A DNA stretch of 64,000 bases from an uncultured Verrucomicrobiae bacterium (GTDB lineage: Bacteria > Verrucomicrobiota > Verrucomicrobiia > Limisphaerales > Palsa-1400), in NCBI GenBank assembly GCA_963764165.1, contig CAVXRD010000002.1, positions 1,248,001 through 1,312,000 on the forward strand. The letters run 5' to 3'. The notes beneath the pieces were generated by a model. The model was given only the letters and a program-made list of their open reading frames with translations. It did not search any database and was not told where the DNA came from. The first letter of the stretch is position 1. Each line of letters opens with the position of its first letter. Position numbers and translations under genes: made by a program. This document shows positions 9,364 to 18,299 of this stretch, in pieces.

Positions 9364-12033
9364 TCACTTTGCCGAAATTCCGTCAAGCCGTTTTTGGGCG
9401 GCCGCGATTTTTTTCTCCAGCGCGGGTTGCATTGCCGGAATGGCGTTGGTCACCCGTTTGTAAACGAAGATGGCTTCATTCCAATGCTGCTGCTTTTCGT
9501 AGATAACCCCCGCCGCCCTCCCCGCCACCTCCACCCAATATGGATCAAAGTGATCGGGATCCAATTCGGACACAACGTTGATGTAATGTGTCAACGCCAG
9601 CGGCAGATTATACTCCCGTTCGGCGATGACTCCCAATCCCACTTCCGCCTGGGCGCGGGTGGAAGGATTCACCGAGCCGGGGGGGAAATCGAGGATAGCC
9701 TTGTACATTTGCCGCGCCGCGGCGTAATTGGTCGAACTCCGATCGGCCCATTCCCGTTGATATTCTCCCAGCCGGCCAAGAGCCTCGACGGCGATCGAAT
9801 TCGATGGCGCGCCGTTCGTGCATTTGCTGGTGGCGTTGATGGCTTGGGTCAGAAAATCGTTATTATTCGATGTGGACTGGAATTGCTGGATGAACGCATC
9901 GCCCAGCGCAAGGTAACCGCGCAGGACGAGGGCGGAAGGCGCGTTGGTGAGATTGACAAGGTTCGTGAAATACCCGACGGCATCCGTCGATTCGTGGTTG
10001 GCCAGGGCGGACTTGCCGGCCGAGAACCTCGCTTCAAAGGTCAGTTCGCCCGCGTTCGGAAAACGTTGGAAGACTTCCTGGTAACGCTGCTCGGCGTGGC
10101 TCCAGTCGCCTTGGGCGTAATAGCAATCGGCGAGACTGTTCAGAGCCCACGGCGTGAACTCCGCGTTCGTCGGATATCGCTCCACGAAATTAGTCAGGCC
10201 AGCCAGCTCTTCGTTGGTCATCCCTGCTTTGCCCTCGGCCAGCGCGAGATGAAATTGGACGGCGGGCAGCAACGGATCGCCCGGATGATTCGTCTGCCAG
10301 ATCTTATACTGTGACACGGCCTCTTCCCAGCGGCCATCGTGGTCGAAGGTTTGCGCGATGGCGAAATCAACTTCCGCGCGAAGCGGCGAATTTGTGGAAC
10401 GATTCAGCAGCGCTTTGAACGTCTCGCGCGCCTTCGTGTAATTATATTTTCGGTTGGCATCCTCGCCGATCAGCAGCGAACCACGATCTCCGTAATTATT
10501 TTCCGGGAACCAACGGAGAATTTTCTCGACAGCCGCGCTCGCGCCGGCCGAATCACCGCGATTGATGTCTGCCTGCGCCAGTTGGTAAAGCGCAAGGTCG
10601 AAAAGGGAGTTGGTGATTTCAGGTTCCTTGTTGGTCAGAACCAGGCTGTAATTAGCCGCCGCGCCCGCGAAATCCTTGAGCTGGAATTGCGCATCCGCCA
10701 GCTTGAATCGGGCGACCGCTTCGTCCGGCGCATAAGCCAGCCCCGCGGCGGCAATCTCAAAATCCTCGCGCGCGGCGGGCAGGTTGGTCGAAATCCACTC
10801 GCACCAGCCGCGATCCAAGCGGGCTTTGGGAAGGAGCGGGCTGTGGGTGAAATTGCTGAGGACAAAATTAAAATTCGTCAGCGCCGCGCTGAGCAGATTC
10901 GTGGGCAGCCCCGGCGGCGCATTTGAGCCAGCCGCATTGGAATCCGCGCCGGAGCCAAGCTTCAGGTCCAGCTCGCCCAGACTGACACGAATCAAATCCT
11001 GGCCCGCCGCCAATGGCTGGCGCTGGCTGGCCAGCGCGTCGAGCGCCTGGATTGCCTGCGGCAGCGAATTCATGGCCACTGTCAATTCAATAGTGCGCGC
11101 CATCGCCTGCTGCTGCGCGTCCGCTGGCTGCGATTCGAGCAGGTTCGTGCCGTAAACCCGCAACGCGTCCGCGCCCCGGCCGAGTTTCTCGAGGATCTGG
11201 CCTTGCAGAAAAACGCTGGCAGCCTGATGGGCGGCGGCGATGTCCAGCGACAGCAAATTCGCGCTCGCGTTCAAGGCGGAAGCGGGATCCCCCTTGGCCA
11301 GCAGCACCCGGCACAAAAGATACTGGCGATGCCAGCGCAAATCATCGTGGGCCAGGTTGGCCGGATCCAAGGCAGTGACAACCTTTTCGGCTTCCGCATA
11401 CGACCCTTCCTGAAAGAGCGCTTCGGCCAGGAGCAGCCAGCCGCGGGCCGCAAATTCGCTCTTGGGATCCTGGAGGGCGGCAGTTTGAAACGGCCCCCCA
11501 TTCTGCCGCAAAATATTGATGACGCCCGGCCAATCCGCCGTTCGCGAATGCACTTCCGCTTCATCGTAGGCCGACTCGAGCCGCACCGGCGAGCCGGGGA
11601 ATTCGCGGGCCACGGTGGAATAGCCCTGCTCGGCTGGCACAAATTCGCCCGCGCCCAAATGAGCCTTGGCCATCCAGAAGAGAAATTCCGATTGGAGCGG
11701 GCCGACTGTGGCCGAGTGCTTTTGCAGCAAATCAATCGCGCCAGCATAATTCGATTGGCCCAGCCGCGAGCGCGCCTCGTAAAGGAAAGCATTCGGGCGA
11801 TGCGGGGAATTGGTGTATTTATCGAGAAATTCGGCGAAGCTGTGTTCCGCCTGCGGATAATGCTCATCGTGGAACATATTGAAAGCCGCCGCAAAGGCCT
11901 GGTCCTCCGGCGAGGGCGCGGCGGTGGCCCGCCAGCAAAAGCCGCCGCCAATGACAAACGCCATCAGCAGCGCCAGAGCGCCGGGAATTCTCACGCGAGG
12001 CCAGTTCAATGAGCGCAACCGCATTTTCACCAT
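9364..12033 (-). CDS. exported tetratricopeptide-repeat protein
   Basis: Signal peptide and many TPR pairs with 'xxyPxSp' turns across about 890 aa; start approximate. Confidence 0.85.
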   Translation of the reverse strand: MVKMRLRSLNWPRVRIPGALALLMAFVIGGGFCWRATAAPSPEDQAFAAAFNMFHDEHYPQAEHSFAEFLDKYTNSPHRPNAFLYEARSRLGQSNYAGAIDLLQKHSATVGPLQSEFLFWMAKAHLGAGEFVPAEQGYSTVAREFPGSPVRLESAYDEAEVHSRTADWPGVINILRQNGGPFQTAALQDPKSEFAARGWLLLAEALFQEGSYAEAEKVVTALDPANLAHDDLRWHRQYLLCRVLLAKGDPASALNASANLLSLDIAAAHQAASVFLQGQILEKLGRGADALRVYGTNLLESQPADAQQQAMARTIELTVAMNSLPQAIQALDALASQRQPLAAGQDLIRVSLGELDLKLGSGADSNAAGSNAPPGLPTNLLSAALTNFNFVLSNFTHSPLLPKARLDRGWCEWISTNLPAAREDFEIAAAGLAYAPDEAVARFKLADAQFQLKDFAGAAANYSLVLTNKEPEITNSLFDLALYQLAQADINRGDSAGASAAVEKILRWFPENNYGDRGSLLIGEDANRKYNYTKARETFKALLNRSTNSPLRAEVDFAIAQTFDHDGRWEEAVSQYKIWQTNHPGDPLLPAVQFHLALAEGKAGMTNEELAGLTNFVERYPTNAEFTPWALNSLADCYYAQGDWSHAEQRYQEVFQRFPNAGELTFEARFSAGKSALANHESTDAVGYFTNLVNLTNAPSALVLRGYLALGDAFIQQFQSTSNNNDFLTQAINATSKCTNGAPSNSIAVEALGRLGEYQREWADRSSTNYAAARQMYKAILDFPPGSVNPSTRAQAEVGLGVIAEREYNLPLALTHYINVVSELDPDHFDPYWVEVAGRAAGVIYEKQQHWNEAIFVYKRVTNAIPAMQPALEKKIAAAQKRLDGISAK

Positions 12034-12115
12034 TGTCCGACAAAGCAAAAGGCGAGGCGATTCAAAAATTTGGCAAAGGCAGATCTGGCGTGCGATTGAA
12101 GGAAGAAGAATATTT

Positions 12116-12173
12116 GGGCGGACACGCAGGTTCGCCCTACCAAATTATGGCAGGGCGGCGCTGCGCCGCCGCC
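12116..12173. repeat. GTAG/GCAG-type REP-like hairpins (second family)
   Basis: Minus strand GGTAGGGCGAACCTGCGTGTCCGCCC back-to-back with GGCAGGGCGGCGCTGCGCCGCCGCC. Confidence 0.6.
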
Positions 12174-12323
12174 GAAATATTATTGAGAGCCCGGGCACTT
12201 ATGGGGCTCGGTTTGGCGCGGACTCGTGGCAAGAGGTTTTTTAGTATGACCCTCAAAATTTTTGCGGATTTTGAACAAATTGCCGGAAAAGCGCTCTATA
12301 CTTTGTATTACAAAGTAAATTGC

Positions 12324-13193
12324 ATGGTCATTTTGATGTTCCTCATTTTTGTTTCGACGTTGCTGAATCTGGCTCTGCCTTTTCGCAAGCCAAACACATG
12401 CTGGGCGGGTTTCGCTCGGAGCGTGTATGTGTTGCTGGCGGGGATAGTTATTCCGGTGGGTGTGTTCCTTCTCAGTGCAATGATGGTGCCGGACTGGAAA
12501 GGGGCTTGCCCTCACGGCTGGATCGATTGCTTCCACAGGGGAAAACTCGCTCTTTTGCCGGTCGTCCTTTGGGCATCCGCGGCCCTGTTCTTGGCGGAAA
12601 ACCAAACCCACAATCCGCCTGAGCCATGGGTGGTCCGCGGATTGTTTCTCGGCTCCATTGTCGCTGGCATTTGTTTAATCGTCGGCTGCTCCAACGGGAT
12701 TGCAGCCGATCAGGTCGACCTATTCCTCCTGTGCCCGTTTTACGTTTGCGTATGGCACGGCGTGCGGATGTGGCAACTGCAGCGCGCCGCCAAGTGCGAG
12801 GCAAAGTCCTTCGCAGCCGCCCTGGCCAAGACGCTGCCTTTTTGGATTGCCAGCGTGATCTGGTCAAAACGGATTTATGCATCGCTGCCCGACAAGTCCC
12901 CCGACTGTTTTATTGTCACCGCCGCCTCGCGCGGCCACGCCAGCGTCGTAGGCCCTCTAATCGAAGTCAGGCGAGCCGGCAGAATCCGAAGCGCCAACCG
13001 GCAGCTATTGATTTTCTGGCAATTCGAAGCGCTATGGTCATCACGCGCCCCACGAACTCACGCCGCGTTCCGGCGCATCTACAACCGGCTCGGGCCGGCC
13101 ATTGCCCGGCGGATTACGTCCTCATGGCAGGCCGACGCCATCTATGTCGCCCTGAAGCCGATGGAATGGATGGCAGGGTTCGTCTGTTTGTAA
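12324..13193 (+). CDS. membrane protein, DUF6688-like
   Basis: Multiple TM helices followed by DCFIVTAASRGHxxVVG and NRQLLIFWQFE...RRIYNRLGP; start uncertain. Confidence 0.7.
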   Translation: MVILMFLIFVSTLLNLALPFRKPNTCWAGFARSVYVLLAGIVIPVGVFLLSAMMVPDWKGACPHGWIDCFHRGKLALLPVVLWASAALFLAENQTHNPPEPWVVRGLFLGSIVAGICLIVGCSNGIAADQVDLFLLCPFYVCVWHGVRMWQLQRAAKCEAKSFAAALAKTLPFWIASVIWSKRIYASLPDKSPDCFIVTAASRGHASVVGPLIEVRRAGRIRSANRQLLIFWQFEALWSSRAPRTHAAFRRIYNRLGPAIARRITSSWQADAIYVALKPMEWMAGFVCL

Positions 13194-13200
13194 CTAATAA

Positions 13201-13878
13201 CTAATCCCGCACTTCGGTTATGGCGTGATAGACTTTTCCCGTTTTGCCGTCGACAAGCATGGTGTGCTGCCACGGACAGCGGAAACACCGATAGCAGTGT
13301 TTCTCCTCAACAGCCTCCGGTGCCCAACCCGGCAGGTTGCGCTGGGGCCCTTTCGGATAGAGGAGCTGCGTCTTGCAGGCATCCCAGCTAACCCGCTGAC
13401 AGGTCGTGTCCGATGCCAAATGAACCGTATCGTTCGTCGGCGAATTGGCTACCGCGCTCAAGAGTGCCTTCTCATCAGTGGTATAAACGAAATAGCCATA
13501 TGACAGAAAGGTACCCGGAACCCAGGCCCCCTGAACGTCCGCACCGTCAAGGAACGCGGAGTTGGCAAGCAGCCCACTAAGTAATTCCTTGGCTTTCACT
13601 GGCTCAAGAAGTCGGACGTCCGTGTCGTCAAACGCCCGATTGACCAGAGCCTGCCAAGCGAGTTTACAGTTAGCGCCCTTTACTTTATTGAACAGCTTCG
13701 CTGAGGAGTAAGCGAAGCATGCAGTCAGGCCTAATACCGACGAAATAAGCAAGATGGCGCCGGCTCGCCTTGCCCGTTGTCTTCTGCTGAGGAATCCCAC
13801 AGCCAGGATGACAGCGCCAGCAAAGCCACACAAGAAAAGGGCGATCGCCAAAGAGGCGATCACGAACACCGTAGTCAT
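13201..13878 (-). CDS. hypothetical membrane-anchored protein
   Basis: 225 aa with two N-terminal TM helices; lower GC than neighbours. Confidence 0.65.
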   Translation of the reverse strand: MTTVFVIASLAIALFLCGFAGAVILAVGFLSRRQRARRAGAILLISSVLGLTACFAYSSAKLFNKVKGANCKLAWQALVNRAFDDTDVRLLEPVKAKELLSGLLANSAFLDGADVQGAWVPGTFLSYGYFVYTTDEKALLSAVANSPTNDTVHLASDTTCQRVSWDACKTQLLYPKGPQRNLPGWAPEAVEEKHCYRCFRCPWQHTMLVDGKTGKVYHAITEVRD

Positions 13879-13941
13879 GTCTCTAAGTTAAACACGCCGG
13901 CGTTAACCTGCGAGCCTTAGCTCACGGCGGTAAGATCACCC

Positions 13942-14155
13942 ATGAATTTTGCTGAAGTAATGGATCAATTGCCGAAAATGATCCCAAAGCAACGGCAGGC
14001 ATTGATCAAACGCGCCGTGGAGATCGACGAGCGGCCTCGCAGTAATTTTGAACTGCGCCTCGTTGAAGAACGCTTGCTGACTTTAAGAAGCAGCTGCCAA
14101 AACACCCTCAGAAATGAAATGGGCGCTGGACTAAGGGCAAAATTCTTCGAAATGC
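13942..14155 (+). pseudogene. degenerate addiction-module antitoxin-like small gene
   Basis: MNFAEVMDQLPKM..QRQALIKRAVE..LVEERL resembles small addiction-module components; the frame runs on into low-complexity sequence and no toxin follows. Confidence 0.4.
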
Positions 14156-14308
14156 TTTTTTTCTTCATTATCTTTGCGCGCTTCTGTTTAAGACCCTTTT
14201 CGTCTTCGGTTAGCCCCTCGAGCACTCAGAGATTTAACACCAAGGAAACAAAGAGAACGAACGGTTTTGTCTCAAACCCCAATGGCATAGGGCGGAACAA
14301 CAGACTGG

Positions 14309-14760
14309 GCAGCCGTCACATGCCGTCACAAAATGGGTGACGCCGCTCAAGCAGAGTTCCGTCGCGGCCTGTATGGAAGCTTGGGTTTTGTGACGGCTGC
14401 GTGTGACCCTTTGTGACGGTAATTGTGAGGTTCCTCAACGTTTTCGGTGGAATAGAATCCGGGCACTCGGCCACGAATTAAAACGAGCGACGGGGCGGCT
14501 GCGAGCCACAGCTCGCGCCCCGTCGCGGTCGGACAGCGAAACGCTCATTTACAACAACTTACCCATGAATGGCTTACAACTATTGGATGGCCCTGAGATG
14601 AGGCAGCGAGATTCCCCTGGATTACTGATGTCTGCACCTCCTCAGAGGTTTGGTTGCTCGCAACCGGGTTTACACGAACTTCTATTCCACTGAAAACGTG
14701 GAGGAACCAATTGTGACGGACTAAGTGGTTGATTGACAACAGTGTGACGGGTGTGACGGC
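14309..14760. repeat. cluster of TGTGACGG motifs (7 perfect copies, both orientations)
   Basis: CCGTCACA at 14313 and 14323; TGTGACGG at 14389, 14412, 14712, 14743 and 14752. Confidence 0.85.
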
Positions 14761-14867
14761 TTTTTAGGGGGGTGTGTATACATATGCAGCCCAAACGACC
14801 CATTTTAGCGACTCTGAATGAAACTGGTCAAAAAGGGACGAGGGGCCTCAGATTCCAACTTAGTCAG

Positions 14868-14917
14868 CAAATCTCACCAAATCTCACCAAATCTCACCAA
14901 ATCACACCTGTTTTTTG
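14868..14917 (+). repeat. 10-bp tandem array (CAAATCTCAC)x3 + CAAATCACAC-CTGTTTTTTG
   Basis: Read directly; a related inverted copy lies at 32684-32737. Confidence 0.9.
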
Positions 14918-15036
14918 TCTCATCGAAACAAAAGCCAAAGCGGTGCCTTGCGTGCAATTTTTCGATCACATTGTATTTTCCAACGTGAGATTAAAGGAGG
15001 GCGATCTCGCAGTCGCGAAGCGAGGTAGCAACGGTG

Positions 15037-15981
15037 TTAACTGGCAAGCTGGAAATTGGGATTTTTCAGCAATCGGTTCATAAGGAGGATAAGCTTTCGC
15101 ATGGCGGCGGTGAGGGCGACCTTTGGTTTTTTGCCGTTATTCCGCAATCGCAAATAGAACTCTTTGAGAATGCGGTCGCAGCGAACGGCGCTTAGGGCGG
15201 CCATGTAGAGGGCTCGGCGGATGCCGGCCCGGCCGCCGCCGATGTGGCGCTGGTCGGACTGTTGGCCGCTATCGCTGTTGTAAGGGGCCAGGCCAGCCAA
15301 GGCGGCGCAGGAGCCATCCTCGAGAGTGCCCAGTTCGGGCATTTCAGCCAGGACGCAAACGGCGGTGACGGAGCCGACGCCGGGGATGGTCTGCAGGCGC
15401 TGGGCTTTTTTCTTCAAGTCGGCGTCCTTGTCCATGAGCGAGGCAATTTCCCGCTCGCACTGGGCGATTTGTTTTTCCAGCAGAGCGATGATCTGGCGGG
15501 ACTGTTTTTGGGAAAAGCTGTCGGCATAATGTTCTGCGTGATTGCGTTCGACGACCAGCTGTTCAACCACTTGGCGGCGGCGCCTTGTCAGTTGAGTCAA
15601 TTGCTGCTGGGTGGGAGAGGCCTGGGGCGTGGGAGCGGGCTGGAGGGCGGCTCCGTAAGCGGAGAGCACGGCAGCATCGATGGGATCGGACTTGGCGCGC
15701 TTGCCTTTGGCTTTGGCGAAGTGACGGACCCGTCCGGCTTCGACCAGGCTCAGAGGGATGGCGGCTTCATGGAGAGCGGCCAGCACAGGCTGCTCGTAGC
15801 CGCCGGTGGCTTCGCAGACCACTTGGGCGCTTGGATGAGACTTTAAGAGGCCGATCAATTTTTGATGGCCTTTGGCGTCATTGGAGAGGGCATGGGATTG
15901 AGCGGCCAGGTGAAGCTGCAAAGAGGACTTGGCAACGTCGAGGCCGACGAAGAGAATGGAAGGCGAATTGGTCTGACTCAT
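15037..15981 (-). CDS. IS110 DEDD recombinase/transposase
   Basis: GLDVAK, CEATGGYE, KSDPIDA (DEDD), LQTIPGVG, GLAPYNSDSG (catalytic Ser region), ALTAAMRKL. Confidence 0.95.
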   Translation of the reverse strand: MSQTNSPSILFVGLDVAKSSLQLHLAAQSHALSNDAKGHQKLIGLLKSHPSAQVVCEATGGYEQPVLAALHEAAIPLSLVEAGRVRHFAKAKGKRAKSDPIDAAVLSAYGAALQPAPTPQASPTQQQLTQLTRRRRQVVEQLVVERNHAEHYADSFSQKQSRQIIALLEKQIAQCEREIASLMDKDADLKKKAQRLQTIPGVGSVTAVCVLAEMPELGTLEDGSCAALAGLAPYNSDSGQQSDQRHIGGGRAGIRRALYMAALSAVRCDRILKEFYLRLRNNGKKPKVALTAAMRKLILLMNRLLKNPNFQLAS

Positions 15982-16195
15982 ACTTGTAAAATTCGAGCCG
16001 CGTTGTTAGACGCGCTCAGGCAACGGTTCGAGTTTGGAACAATGGGCGGGAATGGAACACGCTACCTTACGGAGCTCGCTGCCGAGACAGCGACTTCAAG
16101 GGACGCACGTTCTCAAACCCGCCGCCGCCTCTGCGCCTGCAGGCGCAGAGGCGGCATCAACTTGGAGATCCGACATCGGATTACCAAGAAGAATA
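15975..16195 (-). ncRNA. predicted IS110 bridge RNA (ends approximate)
   Basis: Two 5' hairpins, then a target-binding loop (guides 16099-16106 and 16062-16068) and a donor-binding loop (guides 16020-16027 and 15983-15988) that match the target and donor. Confidence 0.85.
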
Positions 16196-16210
16196 AGAAG
16201 AAGATACAAG

Positions 16211-16286
16211 GGACGCCTCGCCGAGGCGTCCGGTTGCGCGTCAATGGCACCCCACGCCGGACGCCTCGGCGAGGCGTCCCTACCTT
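16211..16286. repeat. GTAG-type REP pair; the GGTAG foot of the left arm is displaced to 15024-15028 by IS110
   Basis: GGACGCCTCGCCGAGGCGTCCGG-spacer-CCGGACGCCTCGGCGAGGCGTCCCTACCTT. Confidence 0.92.
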
Positions 16287-16323
16287 GGAATTAAGATGCG
16301 TCTGCCCTGTGTTTCGTTTCCCC

Positions 16324-16351
16324 TTGCATTTCGCAGGCTTTGCGCTACAGT
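16324..16351 (+). promoter_or_regulatory. putative sigma70 promoter for rpsA
   Basis: TTGCAT-16-TACAGT about 210 nt upstream of the ATG. Confidence 0.4.
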
Positions 16352-16562
16352 CATCTTTGCCTGAACGCCGCGTGTGCGGCTGTTCGTTGAGGCTGAGAAA
16401 CGAAAGTTAACCGTGCAACCTAACCTTTAACCTCTGTTGCCACGCAACGCGGTTTGGTAAGGCAATGGAGTCTTCGCCGGCTGTTCGGCCGAGTCTCCCG
16501 CTCGTTTTCATTCAAGTCATCAAATGCGTTAATGTCCGTTAGTCCGTTTTTATAAAAGTATT

Positions 16563-18233
16563 ATGCTCACGATGGAAGAAGCCCTGAAGCAAAGCCCTGC
16601 CTCCTTTGCCACAGGTCAGATTGTCAAAGGCACTATCATTGAAGTCCGTCCCAAAGAAGTCCTCGTCGATATCGGTTACAAGAGCGAGGGCGTCATCCCC
16701 GGCAACGAGTTCGACGACATCAAAACCGTCAAAATCGGCGATGAAATCGATGTCCTCATCGAGAAACTCGAAGACAAAGAAGGCATGGTCATCCTCTCCA
16801 AGGAAAAGGCCGAATTTAAGAAAAACTGGGACAAAATCCTCACCATTTGCAACGAAGGCGGCACCATCATCGGCCGCGTCAAGGCTGCGGTCAAAGGCGG
16901 GTTGCTGGTCAACATCGGCGTGGAGGCGTTCCTGCCGGCCTCGCAGATTGACATCATTCCGCCGAAGAATCTGGCCCAATTCATCGGCAATACCTACGAT
17001 TTCAAAGTCGTCAAGATCAACCAGGAGCGCCAGAACATCGTTCTGTCCCGCCGCGAATTGATCGAGCAGCAGCGCAACGACAAGCGCGTCAAGCTCCTGA
17101 CGGAAATGACTCCGGGCGACATCCGCAAGGGCACCGTCAAGAACATTACCGATTTCGGCGCGTTCATCGATTTGAACGGCATCGACGGCTTGCTCCACAT
17201 CACCGATATGAGCTGGGGCCGCGTCGGGCATCCCTCGGAAATCCTCAAGGTTGGCCAGGACATCGACGTCGTTGTCCTCGACATCAACAAGGAAAAGGAA
17301 CGCGTCAGCCTCGGCCTCAAGCAAAAGTTGAGCAATCCGTGGGAAAACATCGACGCGAAATACCAGGTCGGCAACAAGGTCAAAGGCAAGGTTGTCAACC
17401 TCGTTCCTTACGGCGCGTTTGTGGAATTGGAACCGGGCGTCGAAGGTTTGGTGCACGTCACCGAATTGTCCTGGACCAAGCGCATCGCAAAGCCTTCGGA
17501 TGTGTTGAAGCCCGACCAGGAAATTGAAGCGGTGGTGCTGGGCATCAATCGCGACGAGCAGAAAATCTCTCTCGGCGTCCGCCAGCTCGAAGCCAATCCT
17601 TGGGATCGCGCCATCGAGAAATATCCGGCCGGCACCAAGGTCAAAGGCAAGATTCGCAATCTGACCAGCTACGGCGCCTTCATCGAATTGGAAGAAGGCC
17701 TCGACGGCATGATCCACGTCTCGGACATTTCCTGGACGCGCAAGATCAATCATCCTTCCGAGGTATTCAAGAAGGGCGACGACGTCGAAGCAGTGGTGCT
17801 CGAAGTCGACAAGACCAATCAGCGCATCTCGGTTGGTGTCAAGCAATTGACCATCGATCCGTGGAGCAACATCGATCAATTCTACAAGGTTGGCGACCTC
17901 GTCACCGGCAGCGTCACGAAGCTCGCGAGCTTCGGCGCGTTCGTCGGATTGCAGCACGACATCGACGGCCTGGTGCATATCTCGCAAGTCAGCGAAGAGC
18001 GCACCGACAAGATCAAGAACGTGCTCAAGGTCGGCCAGGAAGTGACCGCGCGCGTGATCAAGATCGACAAGGGCGAGCGCCGCATCGGCCTGTCCATCAA
18101 GGCCGCCGCCTACTCGCCGGAGCAGCTCAAGGCCGAGCAAGCCATCCTCGATTCGCTCAAGCCGGGCGAAGACCTGGTGGCGCTGCAGCACGCCTTCGAC
18201 GCCGCGGACGAAACCGCCCGCAAAGACAGCTAA
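16563..18233 (+). CDS. rpsA: 30S ribosomal protein S1
   Basis: Six S1 repeats; DIGYKSEG, FLPASQID, TDFGAFIDLNGIDGLLHITDMSW. Confidence 0.98.
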   Translation: MLTMEEALKQSPASFATGQIVKGTIIEVRPKEVLVDIGYKSEGVIPGNEFDDIKTVKIGDEIDVLIEKLEDKEGMVILSKEKAEFKKNWDKILTICNEGGTIIGRVKAAVKGGLLVNIGVEAFLPASQIDIIPPKNLAQFIGNTYDFKVVKINQERQNIVLSRRELIEQQRNDKRVKLLTEMTPGDIRKGTVKNITDFGAFIDLNGIDGLLHITDMSWGRVGHPSEILKVGQDIDVVVLDINKEKERVSLGLKQKLSNPWENIDAKYQVGNKVKGKVVNLVPYGAFVELEPGVEGLVHVTELSWTKRIAKPSDVLKPDQEIEAVVLGINRDEQKISLGVRQLEANPWDRAIEKYPAGTKVKGKIRNLTSYGAFIELEEGLDGMIHVSDISWTRKINHPSEVFKKGDDVEAVVLEVDKTNQRISVGVKQLTIDPWSNIDQFYKVGDLVTGSVTKLASFGAFVGLQHDIDGLVHISQVSEERTDKIKNVLKVGQEVTARVIKIDKGERRIGLSIKAAAYSPEQLKAEQAILDSLKPGEDLVALQHAFDAADETARKDS

Positions 18234-18299
18234 TTCATTATTGACAGGTTTGGCGCCGGCTTGCGCGTGTTCTTGCGCGCGAGCCGGCGTTTCTGGTTA

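Larger units (their letters stand above)
15027..16210 (-). mobile_element. IS110-family (IS621-like) insertion sequence inserted in a REP; coordinates include both CT cores
   Basis: Removing the element restores GAGGTAG^GGACGCCTCGCCGAGGCGTCC; AG (CT on the coding strand) is present at both junctions; no terminal IRs. Confidence 0.93.

Noticed and set aside
12324..14300. Integron cassette array
   Set aside because: The genes are in mixed orientation, and there are no recurring attC sites and no intI.
14868..14917. Possible CRISPR array
   Set aside because: 10-bp contiguous units with no spacers, and no cas genes in the window.
15862..16410. 182-aa ORF across the IS110 left end
   Set aside because: It spans the bridge RNA, REP and promoter; the recurring 'TPRRGVP' peptides are translations of the REP.
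16352..16562. Structured autoregulatory rpsA leader
   Set aside because: Plausible from its length, but no specific structure can be supported without comparative data.
16539..18191. 550-aa antisense ORF over rpsA (and similar long antisense ORFs over the IS1182 transposase, aroF, terC, secDF)
   Set aside because: Shadow frames caused by high-GC codon bias opposite clearly identified genes.
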